A stretch of 64,000 bases of DNA. Origin: Carcharhinus amblyrhynchos (taxonomy: Eukaryota). Below are positions 50,578 to 63,627 of this stretch, in pieces. Made by a program: the position numbers and the translations under genes. Location of the stretch: positions 35,278,001 through 35,342,000 of the forward strand of contig OZ336896.1 in assembly GCA_965287045.1 (NCBI GenBank), in the 5' to 3' direction. The notes below the pieces were generated by a model. The model did no database searches, had not been told where the DNA came from, and saw only the letters and a program-made list of their open reading frames with translations. Within the stretch, counting starts at the first letter, position 1. Every line of letters starts with the position of its first letter.

Positions 50578-53500
50578 GTGAGTTCACTTCAGTTGTGCTG
50601 ATTTATGTAAACTCTTCAGTGTCAAGCCCAGGCCATGCCAATGTCTTCCATTTATCTAGTCTACCTTATAGCAGGCTACAGGGGAATAGCATTTTGAAGG
50701 TTAAGTGAGAAATTTGTGAAACATGTTGGCAGAAGTTTTACTACTATGTTTTTTTTAGTTCTGAATCTTAATGGTAATATCTACTTTTTCAATGATAGTT
50801 TAGGACATCATGGCACATTTCTTTTGGTTCTTTTCATATCTCCTTCACAGAAAAAATGGTCAGTGAATTGAGTTTAGACTTGATTTAAGAATGTAAATAC
50901 ATTTGTGTTTATTTACTTTCGATGCTAATAGACCCAGTCAATTTGTGACTCTAGGTTTCAACTGGTAAAACGTGCAGGACCCTGAATAACTCAATACAAC
51001 TACATGTAACATGCCAGTTCTTGCCACGTGAGGCCCTATCTATCACTTCATCTGTTTTCCTCATGATAATTAGTAGACATCTTTGTTCATGGCCCAGCGA
51101 AACTACTAATCGTGAACCAGATGGAACCCAGGGAGTATTGTTCTCGCGCCATTCACCATACCACAAGCTGAAGCCCACTCTTAAGTGTGTCACAAGTGGA
51201 ATCAGGTGTTTTACTTTGCCATGGTACCCAGCAGCACCCCTTTAGCTTTGACCTTTAGCCCTCACTCAAACTCGCTCCAATGTTCATGAATGGCATGAGC
51301 ACCTTTGATTGAAACCTAACGTGCACCTAGACAGGAGGAAGGCTGTAACTCAATCTGACAGTTCATGTGATGTCTCTGAACAGCTGGAGCTTTGTTCAGC
51401 TTGTTGCTGAGGTCATATTAATCCTTTCATTATGTTAAAGCCCCTACCCCAACAAGGTAAGTCGCAGCTTTTCTCTATCTGCTATTCCTATCTAGCTAAT
51501 GCATGAGTTACAGACAAAACATATAGTAATTACAATAAAGTCATTTCCAATCAGGAGTAATTTGCTGCAATTTCATATAGCTCTTTAATCACACAAATTC
51601 ATGAAAATTTATTTCAGTTTTGCAGTGTCAGTACCTTTGGGATTATGTCTTGTTGTATGTACCTGTATATTTGAGATAAATGCTCCAGACAATTGCTATT
51701 TTTAAAACAGAAATTATCCAATTAATTGTTTTTTGAAGAAATTACATATTAATTATGCAATAATTATGAAGTTTTTTTTCTGAAAGTAAGGTTTAATACT
51801 TGTAACTTCAGTCCATTTGGCTGCAAATGCAATTGGTCACTTTTTGCTTATTTGCTACATTATTTCACGTCACTTAAGCCCTGCCTGTGATCAATCTAGA
51901 ACAGGCTGATTATTATAAATAAACATTCCAGCCATGGACTGGAATTATTTATTGATATATTTGACTAACTATGTTGAAGACATACATCATAACATCAAAA
52001 TGGGGACTGCAAAAACAGTCTTATTGACCCCCACTCCCACAGTTTAGAAAGGGGCCGAAAATTAAAAATAATCTCATCAAGTTCTTTAATCGAAATCAGA
52101 AACATAATCCCAGAATTTAGACGACCAGTTTGAAATTCCAGACATTTGATTGGATAAGAGTTTTGTATTCATTTTCACAAATCTATTATCCAACTTATAA
52201 TCACGTGATTACATTAATGCTTCAAAAGACAATGCACCAATTTACAATAGTCTATTATTGTCTATGTAATTAACTTGATTTCAGTTATATGGCTGGTGTG
52301 CAAGAGATCCTCGATATTTATTAATAATCCACTCCCTTTAATTGCATTATAGTCTTGTAATGTTTAAGGCAGAGCTAGATACCAAGAGCTGATTACCAAG
52401 TTGGCGAAAGATTATCAGGGGTAGGCAGGAATGTGGACTGGAAGTTACCATCAGATCAACCATTATATTATCTTAATGAATGACAAAGCAGCCTTGAGGA
52501 TCAGAGTGGCCTACCCCTGCTCCTAATTTGTATGTTTGTATGTATGTAATCATACATTTAATCACATGAAAGAGTGGAAATGACTTATTTTAAATCTACT
52601 CCCAACTATCCATTATTGCCTTTTTAAAAATATCTGAATCCATCAGATTCTGTTACAAACTCAGTTATCCAACCTTATCCCTGTGTAGGCAATCTTAACT
52701 CCAAAATAATTTATAAGTTTGTAATAGTTCACAAAAGTCAAGTGTTATACATTTTAAGAAGTTGAACCTCATGATTATATTGCATCCGTTCAAACACTTC
52801 CAGCTGTGTCCTGTCTTTTATAAAAACCATCTGCACCCCTGAATCAGATGAATGCCTCACAATATTGCCTCTGCATTGTTCTATCTGTAATCAAATACTG
52901 TTTATTTACTTTTCTCTATATCTACCCACATAACAGCAATCAATAGGTTCCAAGAAGTAATGAATTGGTCATGAGGCTCTTTGGGACACCATGAAAACAT
53001 TATAGTCATGTAAATTGAATTTTTTTTTTCCTTTGACAACCCTTCACTATGTTTCTAACTTGTGCCACTCCAACAAAGTCTTATTTGCAATTAACATCAC
53101 AATTCATATTTCTTCATTGTCCTGAAATTACAATCAAATCCAAAAAAAGGTTAACTGTACACTGTATGAAAATTACATGTTTTTTTAACCAGGAAGAAAG
53201 CATATAAAGATGTCCTTTATCTGGACCCTTTTGTCGTGTTCAGTTTCTTCAGCAAGTTTTTTTTTAAATAACTAACTTTTTTGTTACAGATCACATAAAG
53301 AGGGTATAAGCTCAGAATAAGAGATCACCCTTTTAAGACAGAGATGCGGAGCGATTTTTTTTATCTCAAAGGGTAGTAAATCTGTGAAATTCTTTAGCAT
53401 AGTGGATTGTAGAGGTTGGGTTGTTAAGTATGTTCAAGGTTAAAATAGATTTTTAATCAGCAAAGGAATCAAGACTTTTAAGGATAAGGTAGGGAAGTGG

Positions 53501-53724
53501 AGTTGATTAACTTTCAAGTCAGTCATGATGTCATTGACTGGCGGGGCAGACTTGATGGGCCGAATGGCCTATTTCTGCTGCTACGTCTTTTGGTCATAAA
53601 AGTATAAAAATATTACCGATTGCTTTATGTGTATGCGAGCATCAGGCTGGAAGATGAACAATCGATCAGGCTGTGTAATGTGCCCCAGAACTGTTAAGTC
53701 TGCGCAGTGAACAAATCTTCTGAT

Positions 53725-54230
53725 GTGCTTCCTGGGGTAAAAATTGGAAGCAGCAACTTAACAAACCCGTTGACGAGGTATTTGCAGAATCTGAAGAGGC
53801 GTTAGAAAATATCGTCCATCAAGTTAAATCTAGAAGTTTGGAAAATGGATCGAGTATGAAACCAAAAGCAATTTTGTCAGGGGGAAATATACCAGGAGAA
53901 ACTGGGGTGAAGATTGAAGTGGATGGCGTCACAGTGAAACAAATAGTTGAATTTGTCTATTAAGGACAAAAATAGCAGAAGGTGGTGGATGTGATTTCCA
54001 AGTCAGAAGGAGAGAGACAGCCACAAGTAATTTTGTGAAGATGAAGGATGTGTGAAACTCAAGAAAACAAATCAAGATTTTACATCCTATCCACGTTCAT
54101 GTCCGCCTCCCGAACCTGAACAATAAGATCTATGGAAGAACTGGGGTCTCTTAGAAAGCGGATGCTAAAAACGATCCATATATATAGACCATCAGACAAG
54201 TGAAGGGGCGTTTGCAATTGCGAGAGAGAG
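53725..54230 (+). mobile_element. Old RTE-clade (BovB-like) LINE RT fragment
   Basis: Broken translation GVKIGSSNL../FAESEEALENIVHQVK../VKIEVDGVTVKQIVEFVY*GQK../NFVKMKDV resembles RTE RT C-terminal motifs (LAESEEDL, EQVEEFVYLG). Confidence 0.65.
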
Positions 54231-56239
54231 CAAAGCAAACCTCGGAAGTGACACTCAGGAAAGCAAATGTCAGTATTTTAATCGGTTTATCAAAGCTGAA
54301 AAGCTACAAAAATTTATTCTGGAGGGAGAAGTGAGAAAGAGTGGGGAGAGGGTTGGGGAGGAGTGAGGTAACGTAGGTGTAGTTGGATGATGGATATGAC
54401 AGAGAGGTTGCATCCCAGCCACGGTGAGTGTGTGAGGACGGCGTAAGGCTGACAAGTGTGACATAGCAAGTCAGCAGATCCCCTGGTGGGAGTAGTTACA
54501 AGCAGCGGCACTCAAATAAAAACCCCCAAACCAACTTCCTCCCCACTCGGAATCCTAAATCATAGATTTCCATTATGTGGAGATGCCGGCGTTGGACTGG
54601 GGATAGATTTCCAAGTCACTACTTGTTCGGATGCATATATTTCTAACTGAGATTGACCCCGTGTAAAGACGACGTGTGTAATAATAATTCCAAAAAGCAT
54701 GATAGCATTCGACAATAAATCAATCCGCGTTTAGATTCCGAAATATCAGCATCGTCACTGGCCAGGGGAGGAGAAAGCGGAGTGTTTTTGCGAAGCGTTG
54801 AGCGGTTGATGTGACGCCGTGAACCGAAAGAGCAAAACCCGAAGAGTTTATTAATTTATTCGAAAGCTCGAGAGAGTCAGCGCCTCAGTGAATACCATTA
54901 CTTTGCGCAGGGTAGTGGGTGGGGGGGGGAGTGGTTGGCATGACAGCGGCCGTGAACATTTGGTCTGGTAGCGATGATACCCGGATTGATGTTACTGCTG
55001 GCGTGAGGGATGGGTTGGGGGGGGGAGGGGGGAGTCGGGGGAGGGCAAGGGTTGGTGGGTTCCACGTGCTAAAAGTTCAAGTTTATTTATTAGTCACAAG
55101 TAGGCTTAGTTTCACGCCGCAATGAAGTTATGTGAAAACCCCCTAGTCGCTACACTCCGGCGCCTGTTCGGGTACACTCAGGGAAAATTTAACATGGCCA
55201 GTGCGCCTAACCTGTTGTGTTTTCATGCTGAAGAAATCTGTCAAACTGCACAGGTCTAATCTGAGCACTCGCGGCCTGCATTTGTGACAGGGAGAGGGAC
55301 AGACAATCTCAAACATAGAGGGACAGTAAGTAGTCTCGCAACACCAGGTTACAGTCCACCAGGTTTAATTTGGTAGCACGAGCTTTCGGAGCGTTGCCCC
55401 GTCATCATCCATTCAAACATAGAGGGACATTACTACCCTGGAAAGTGCTCACTCTGACAGAGCCGCATTCACCGACTTCGCTGCTCGTAAAAACATTTTT
55501 GGATTAATCGGAAATTTGAGGGTGGTGGAAATGTGGAATTCCTGTCCACACAGAAAAAAAAAACAAGTGCGGCTGGGGTCAATTGAAAACTTTCAAACTG
55601 GGATTGGTGAGTGTTGCCGAGTTTGCAGCGTTAAGGGTTAAGGCAGGTGGAGGGAGTTAAACTGATCAACTGCCTCCACACTGGGAGCCGGAGTTTAATA
55701 ATCCCCTCAATATGAACTCAACGTACCTATCGCTGTAAGTGAGTGCTTGGAATCTACCAGAGTACTGTATTACATCAAAGTTACACCTTGATGTAACCTA
55801 CATTCTGGGCTAGCTATACCCGCGTCAGCACAGGAATTTCCAGCGTTTTTTTTACTGACTTCAGACGGTCACCGAAAATCTGGGCACCCCTCACCCACCT
55901 AAGGCCGCGGAAGATGGAAGTGGAACCCGAAGAGTAGCTCAAAGTGGGACTGCGGCCAGCGACCATCGCCCACTCACTGACCTCCTGCCCTGAAGCAGTT
56001 CGCACGGTCTCAGCTAGAGCCCTTGGATGGATTTTGTTAACCTCGACGTCGAACTGTTACTGCTACCCCAGCCACGGCAAATAATAAACACGTGGAAAAG
56101 TTCAGATGTACCGCTATCGCTCAGATACAAAACATAGGACGGTATCGGTAAACTCAATAACAGGACTTTACATTGCACCTGTACAAAAGGAATGAAGCAA
56201 CAATGAAATGTTGCAAACCCAACTCTTTAACCTGAATAG

Positions 56240-56440
<201 letters not shown>

Positions 56441-57511
56441 TGAGTTGTGTTGTCACGTGCTGTATCCTTCTGGGATCCAATGTTTGGGAATATCAATCCT
56501 GGAGTGTTTCATTTTGCTCTGAATTTAACATTGGGCCACCCAGCCGTCTTGATTAATAAGGGGATCAGGGGTTGTGGGGAAAAGGCAGGAGAATGGGGAT
56601 GAGAAAAAAAGCAGCCGTGATTGAATGGCGGAACAGACTCGATGGGCCGAGTGGTCGAATTCTGCTCCTATGTCTTACGGTCTATTCATCCAAACAATTT
56701 CTGAATATGGGTCCAGGAAAATATGGGTTTTGATTTGTTAAAGGCAAGTTATAAACCGCCCCTCCTCTCACACACTTTTGTCATTAATGCGGTGCGGCTT
56801 CCACTCTTAAGAACGGGAGCAGTGGAAAGTTATGTTTTAGCCGAGGATCACAGTCCCGGGGTGCGGGATAGACCAGTTAGGACTAAGATGATGAAACATT
56901 TCTTCACTCAGAAGATAGTGAATGTATGAAATTCTCTATCACAGAAGGCTGTGGAGGCCAAGTCATTGACTGTCTTCTATAAAGAGGTAGAATTTTAGCT
57001 TTCAATGGCATCAAGGGATATGGGGAGAAAGCAGGAAAATGGCATTGAGATGGAGGATCAGCCAGGATTAATTTTTATTAGTGTCACAACTAGGCTTTCA
57101 TTCACACTGCAATGAAGTTACTGTGAGAATCTTCTAGTTGCCACACTCCCGTCTGTTTGGGCACACTGAGGGAGAATTTAGCGTGGCCATTGCACCTAAC
57201 CAGCACGTCTTTCGGATTGTGGGAGGAAACTCACGCAGACACGAGGAGAACGTGCAGACTCCGCAGAGACAGTGACTCAAGTCGGGAATCGAACCCGGGT
57301 TTCTGGCGTTGTGAGGCAGCAGTGCTGTTGAATGGCGGAGCGGGCTCGAGGGACCGAATGGCCTTCTCTTGCTCCGCGATTAATTAGGCTGCAAAGAGCT
57401 CTCCTGACATTTCACATATTCAGGTTTATCAGATGGTTTGCCAAATGTTGGCTGTGTCTAGGAATTAACATCCATTTACTTTCAAACGTTATCCCCTTTC
57501 CTCTCTTCCAG

Positions 57512-57567
57512 GGCCGATAAAACATTACAAGACATAGTTTATAAATTAGTTCCGGGCCTTTTCAAAG
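57512..57567 (+). CDS. pcgf2: Coding exon 3 ([18 protein letters not shown])
   Basis: Acceptor ctcttccAG, donor G|GTAGGC, 56 nt, family-conserved peptide. Confidence 0.96.
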
Positions 57568-57673
57568 GTAGGCGTCTATTTTTTTTTCCTCACATTTTAC
57601 CTTTTCCTCTAAAGAAACCAGTTGTATACAGTTTGGATCTGACCGTGTTGTGCCGGCTTTATTTCTCTTGCAG

Positions 57674-57724
57674 ATGAGATGAAAAGGCGGAGAGACTTCT
57701 ACGCGGCCCATCCCTCAGCAGATG
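57674..57724 (+). CDS. pcgf2: Coding exon 4 ([17 protein letters not shown])
   Basis: Acceptor ctcttgcAG, donor G|GTAAAC, 51 nt, contains the KRRR basic motif. Confidence 0.96.
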
Positions 57725-58359
57725 GTAAACGTTTATTTAAAAATAGGGGATTAAGGTTGTCTGCGAATCTGATACTGTCTTGGGAGCCAAACCTTCCTCC
57801 CCCACCCTCAGCTCTCCAAACTGCGTGGCCAATCTCAATCAAATTGGGGAGCCATAAATCAGTAAACATCTGCTTATAATTCATAAATGATAAATGATTG
57901 TCCTATATTTGTGTTATTAATAGGGCTGTCATAACTCCGATATTAGTTAATGCTGTCACAAAAGGTCAGCTTTCTGTTCAATCCTACCCCTTCCCCCCAA
58001 AAAAAAATACAATATTCCGTAAACCTGAGTGTAATTTGAAATATTTAATATTTTGTGTTTTTGTTTTGAAAAAAGAACTACTTCCTAGAAACCGAGTAGG
58101 TCACCGGGCTAACACTGGGGTTAAAGGAAACGCTCTTGGCTGCCAATCTACACAAGCTGTTGTGCTATTGAGGACTTGCGATAAAAAAAGAGATAACATT
58201 GTTCTTCTGGTCTGATTTCTAATATCTCCATATCGACTTTCTCTAAATTTGGGGTCAACTAATGGAATAGTCGGGAGGGGGGTGGGGTTCTACATCTTGC
58301 CAGTAACTATAAATTTAGGTATGCCATTGAGACCGTGTGTTTCTCCTCACTCCCCACAG

Positions 58360-58468
58360 TCACAAATGGTTCAAACGAAGACCGCGGGGAGGTCACAGAA
58401 GAAGAGAAAAGAATTATCACAGACGATGAAATCATTAGTTTGTCTTTAGAATTTTACGAGGGCAACAA
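58360..58468 (+). CDS. pcgf2: Coding exon 5 ([37 protein letters not shown])
   Basis: Acceptor ccccacAG, donor AA|GTAAGT, 109 nt, start of the RAWUL domain. Confidence 0.95.
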
Positions 58469-58780
58469 GTAAGTTAAATTGTTTTTTTATCTCTTTAGTT
58501 CGAACGGTCTTCAAGTATTATCTTCCGAATTAGGTATCATAAAAATCCTCATAGAATTTGGTGGACTGGCCATGCTAAATGGACCCCAGAGTCATGGGGA
58601 TTCGCTTGGGTAAATGTGTGCGGGTATGGGAGTAGGGCCTTGCTGGGGATTCGATGGGCCAAATGGTCTCCGTCTGCACTGCAGGGATTCTATGATGAAG
58701 TATCACCTTCCGGATTAACAGCGGTAACCATTTGCATGGCTTTCCGCTGAAATTTACAGAAATAAAAAACTCATTTAATT

Positions 58781-58980
58781 CTAAAAGCAAATTACTGCGG
58801 ATGCTGGAATCTGAAACCGAAAGAGAAAATGCTGGAAAATCTCAGCAGGTCTGGCAGCATCTCTGTCAGGAGGGGAAAGAGCTGACCTTTTTTTGACAAA
58901 GTGCCTCCTGGACTCGAAACGTCAGCACTTTTCTCTCCTTACAGCTGCTGTCAGACCCGCTGAGATTTTCCAGCATTTTC
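58781..58980. mobile_element. Family A foldback element (intronic)
   Basis: Inverted arms, GGACTCGAAACGTCAGC hammerhead remnant, flanking catttaatt repeat. Confidence 0.8.
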
Positions 58981-60711
58981 ACATTTAATTATTATGGTGC
59001 TGACGCTCTTGAACGGGGTAACCGCGGACCCACAGCACCTTGGGTCGAGTAACACTTCTATGAAGGACAGGAAAAGAGTTAAAACACAAATACTGGAATA
59101 AAGACAACACATGCTGATGTTGTGGGATATCTGATTTAAATTTTAAAGTTTGTTTATTATTCAGAAGTAAGGCTTATGTTAACACTGCAATGAAGTTATT
59201 GTGGAAGATACTGTTAAGATACCCATTTTTTAAACTTTATCTGCCTTGGTCACCTAGAATCCATTAGCTTGAACAAGCTGTTTGCGATTTTCCCTTGTTT
59301 AAAACGGGAGGGCACTGGATCTTGTGGTGTAGTGCGCTGGCGGGAACCACACGCCTCTTTCAGATAATAATTGGTCTATCCTTTACTCCCAACATTTTTC
59401 TAATGTTGTATAATTGGAGCTGTTGCATTTGTACCAATCCGCTCTGGTGTCAAGTTTGTGTAAGAACCCCCTTCAGGGTAATCCCATCAAAAGAAAAGAA
59501 CGTGTATTTACATAGCACCTTCGCCTGCCTCAGTACAATGCTAATGGAGTAGCTTTGAAGGGGTGGTTATTGTTATAACATCGAGAAGCGCATGAATTTA
59601 CATTCAACAATATTCTCCCAACAGCAACCTGACAATGACTTGTTCAATCTGAGTTGGTTGCGGGCGGAATATATTGGAGAGTGTGTGGGGTAGAACTCTT
59701 CCTTAGCTGGTGCCTTGGCATCTTCTACATTCACCTGAATCAGTCCATCTTCAAATTTCCACAAATTAAACAATATCGTAACATCAATGCACACTTTTAC
59801 AAGTCCTGTCACATTTAATTACTTTTAGGTGTCGGGAATCATTGAAAGTGAATTGCAAGAATTTGGTGAATGGATTTGTATCCATTGTACTCGCTATTCC
59901 AGTCACTAGCTTCCTTTATAAATTACCGATCACTCTTTATTGAGGGATCACTCTATAGTGATCACTCTTTAGTGATCCCTCACTAAACCAACCCAAGGAC
60001 TCTTAGCTTTCCGCGGAGAGTTTTTTTTTACTTTGTGATTGTCTTCTTAATTCACCAGGAAGTTTATTGAAAACAGGATATTGGAGACTAAGTACATTGA
60101 ACAATTGCAATTGGAGTTCTACCCAAATTAACACAAATTCTGTTTCATTTGATCCGCGCTTTCTGAAAAGCTGAACCTCTCAAAACTGTTAAATATTCCA
60201 GTTACTATTATAGGGAATGACAAAGTTACTCTAACTGAACACAGTAAACCGCGAGAAAGTTCTCGGTGGCACAGTGGTTACACACAGCGCCAGGGATCAG
60301 GGTTCAATTCTGGCTTTGGGTCACTGTGTGGAGTTTGCACTTTCTTCCCATGTCTGCGTGGGTTTCCTCCGGGTGCTCCGGTTTCCTCCCGCAGTTAGCC
60401 AAGGGAAATTACGGGGATAGAGTGGGGGAGAGTGCCTGAGTAAAATAGTCTGTCAGACAGTCGGTGCAAACTCGATGGCCCGGATGGCGTCTTCTGCATT
60501 GTGTGAATTCTATGATGATACATCGGAATGAAAGGCAATGACTGTTTGGTCTTGTTATTAATTAAATAACTCACTTGGGTTCCTATCACACTTGGCAGCG
60601 GTTCCTTCCCTTTCCAAAACGCTTAACCGGCAATGGTGTTTTTATGAAAGTTGTAACTGTTTTGTTGAAAAGAATAGTTAACCCAAACCGTTTCAATTTG
60701 TTTTGTCTTAG

Positions 60712-60754
60712 ATCAGAAAAGAAAGAGGTTCCACAGAATGAAGACACAGACAAG
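60712..60754 (+). CDS. pcgf2: Coding exon 6, variable linker (SEKKEVPQNEDTDK)
   Basis: Acceptor ttttgtcttAG, donor AAG|GTAATT. The 43-nt length exactly restores phase between exons 5 and 7. It resembles the PCGF2 linker (EKK...EN.D.DK). Confidence 0.85.
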
Positions 60755-61884
60755 GTAATTTCCTTATCAGCGTCTGAATTTGAATGAAATAGCAAAATAT
60801 AACTGTTATTAGCATTGCCCAGTGTGTTGTGCGTGTCATTATTAACGTCAAAGATTTATAGTTCTTTTGTTTTGAACTTCTTGCTAGGATTAATCTTCTC
60901 AATCGTATTTAGTCAAATCACTTTACTTCCGGGGTGCCAGTCCGTCCAGTAGAAAGTAACCAGAATGCTTCCGCAGCATGTAAACTATTCCCAAACTCAC
61001 ATCTGATTGGCAATGTCTAAACTATGAATCGAGGACCAGGAAGTTATTGTAACGGTAGCGGTTTTAAATATCAGGTCAGAAGGTCGTGACTGCAAATATG
61101 ATAAATATCAACTAAATAATAGAATCTTCAAGCACGGAAGGAAGCCATTTGGCCCATCGTGGCCGTGCTAGCTCTTTGAAAGAGCCATCCCGTTAGCCCC
61201 ACTGCCGTGCTTATTCCCCGATAGTCCTGATGTCGCCCCCCCCCACCCCCCGCCCCCCGCCCCCCGCCCCCGGACCGCATGCCTTCAGCCATTTGCCCAA
61301 ATATATCCTATCTATTTGTAGTTGAGCTTAGGAATTGAAGCTTACTTTACACAGTTAAACAATAAAAGGTGACGAAAATACTTAAGAAAGTTCAGGGTTG
61401 GGCCAATATGGGAATGTTATTGTCCATTTTCAATCGATAATGTATAATTTAAGCAGATGTGGTGAATTCATGGCTAGGCCTGAGACACAGTGTCTTCTGC
61501 ATGACAGATTCAAACTTCGCTTTGAAAAATAATGGCTAGATTGAGTTGTTAAGAGGCTAAGAGGCATTTTTGCAAGAACCACATTGAGTCTTTTGAGGGT
61601 TATTTTATGGGCTGGAGTCACCAGACACTGTGACCGGCGCTTTAACTGTTTATCCAGTATTTCAGTCGTAATGTTCAATGTAGCGAAACGCTGAATCGAT
61701 CCTTGGCCTCCAGCCCATTATTTTCTTGTTCTTCTTTAATCAAAAGGCAGTCCCCTTTGGCGGTTGAACGTAACTCAAATTCGGTCCTCCAGATTAACAT
61801 TGTAGCTTTCCTGGTCACAACAAGGCAGTGAAGTTCTAGAATGTGCCTCTATATTTGGAGCGCGCGCGCGTCTTCTCTTCAGGT

Positions 61885-62216
61885 TATCTGATCTGATTTG
61901 ATTTATTATTGTCACACGTATTAATATACAGTGAAAAGTATTATTTCTTGCGCACTATGCAGACAAAGCATACCGTACATTGAGAGGGTGCAGAATGTAA
62001 TGTTACAGTCAGAGCTAGGATATAGAGAAAGATCAACTTAATGCGAGGTAAATCCATTCAAAAGTCTAATGATGGTAGGGAAGAAGCTGTTCTTGAGTCG
62101 GTTTGTCTGTGACCCCAGACTTTTGTATCTTTCTCCCGACGGAAGAAGGTGGAAGAGAGAATATCCGGGGTGCGTGGGGTCCTTGACTGTGCTGGCTGCT
62201 TTTCCGAGGCAGCGGG
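61885..62216 (-). mobile_element. Rex1-like LINE 3' end
   Basis: Reverse-complement similarity to 2400-2700, including the TTGAT tail and the 'tatacagtgaaaagtatt' segment. Confidence 0.8.
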
Positions 62217-62267
62217 AACCCCGTTCCTTTGCGGAAGTACAGGCTGTCTATTTATTGCATAGACGCG

Positions 62268-62556
62268 TGGGCAATCTCACAACACCAGGTTAAAGTCCAA
62301 CAGGTTTATTTGGTAGCACGAGCTTTCGGAGCGCCGCTCAAAAGTAAAACTGCTTACACCGTGATTACAAATTTAGCAATCCTGGTCAGAGTGATCCAAT
62401 AACGAGCTCGGTATCTTTCGTGTCTGTCAGACTGTCTATGGTCAGAAGACTTGAAAATTATGTGGTTAAAAAGATAGTTTTAGATTTGCCTTGTTAACCT
62501 GGTGTTGTGAGACTCCTTACTGTGCCTAGCCCAGCCCAACGCTGACAAGTCCACAT
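62268..62556. mobile_element. Family B foldback element carrying captured host sequence
   Basis: Family B arms at 62268-62339 and 62494-62556, flanked by cataga(c/t)gcg. The interior 62337-62493 duplicates 63113-63270. Confidence 0.85.
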
Positions 62557-63365
62557 CATAGATGCGATACCATACAATTCCTCCTATTGTCTTGTCTGGC
62601 TATACCCCTACAAGGCACTAGTTATATCCTCAGATAAAACATTAGGCTCAGCCGTTTATTGTGTTGGACGCAAGGTATTATCTCAGATCACTGTTACCAT
62701 CTGAAGCACACATTCGCTAACGTCAGAACAGTTTGACTTCACAGTTATCCGAACAACAGTGAGAGCAGCCGGGAGAGAGGTTCGGAGATGTGCTGTTTGC
62801 TCAGTTGTTGACCATAAAATCATCCAAACTGTTTTTCATTTGCTTTGGGGTCTCCTTTTGAAAATGCTGTTTGTGTGTGGGGGGAGGGGGGGTGGGGGGG
62901 GGGTGCTGGGGGTACATTTCCCCCTCTCATTTCCACCCCAGTCTTGGAAAGAACATGCTTTAATTAGCATTTCAGTAACTCCCAGTGCGAAGTCGCTGGT
63001 GCCCCGAGTGAAGGTGTGATACTGTTGACCTTTGACAGCTGTTGCAGTGAGCTCGGTTGGCTGAGCAAAGCGCTGAACAATAATGGATATCTTTATTCAT
63101 AGCGACCGTGCACTCAAAAGTAAAGCTGCTTACACCGTGATTACAAATTTAGCAAACCTGGCCAGAGTGATCCAATAACGAGCTCGGTATTTTTCGCGGT
63201 TGTTAGACTGTCCATGGTCAGAAGACTTGAAAATTATGTGGTTTAAAAAAATAGTTTTAGATTTGCCTTGAAAGTCGCACCTCAATGGCGGAGGGCACTG
63301 TCAGCCGGTGACATTATCTCAACCAGATATTCATCAATTCGTGTTTCTTGTCCCCTCTCCCCCAG

Positions 63366-63464
63366 GCCAACAGTGTACGGTACCTGCGGTGTCCCGCCGC
63401 AATGACGGTGATGCACTTGGGGAAATTTCTACGGAATAAAATGGATATCCCCAGCAATTTCCGA
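63366..63464 (+). CDS. pcgf2: Coding exon 7 ([33 protein letters not shown]), RAWUL domain
   Basis: Acceptor ctctcccccAG, donor CGA|GTAAGT, 99 nt. Confidence 0.96.
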
Positions 63465-63546
63465 GTAAGTTAGCGTCTTAAATTTTTTTTTTAAATTCTG
63501 TTTTCCATTTCTTATCTTTGCTAAAATCTGTCTCTTTTGATTCTAG

Positions 63547-63627
63547 ATTGATGTTATGTATGAAGACGAACCGCTCAAAGATTACTACACACTTATGGAT
63601 ATAGCATATATCTACACATGGAGACGG
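63547..63627 (+). CDS. pcgf2: Coding exon 8 ([27 protein letters not shown]); gene continues beyond the window
   Basis: Acceptor ttgattctAG, donor CGG|GTAATG, 81 nt. The expected last exon (NGPLPLKYRV...) is not in the window. Confidence 0.96.

Noticed and set aside
50578-50708. ORF-track extensions of exon ORFs (also 57725-57879 and 63628-63906)
   Set aside because: Intron read-through past canonical GT donors; homology stops at the donor.
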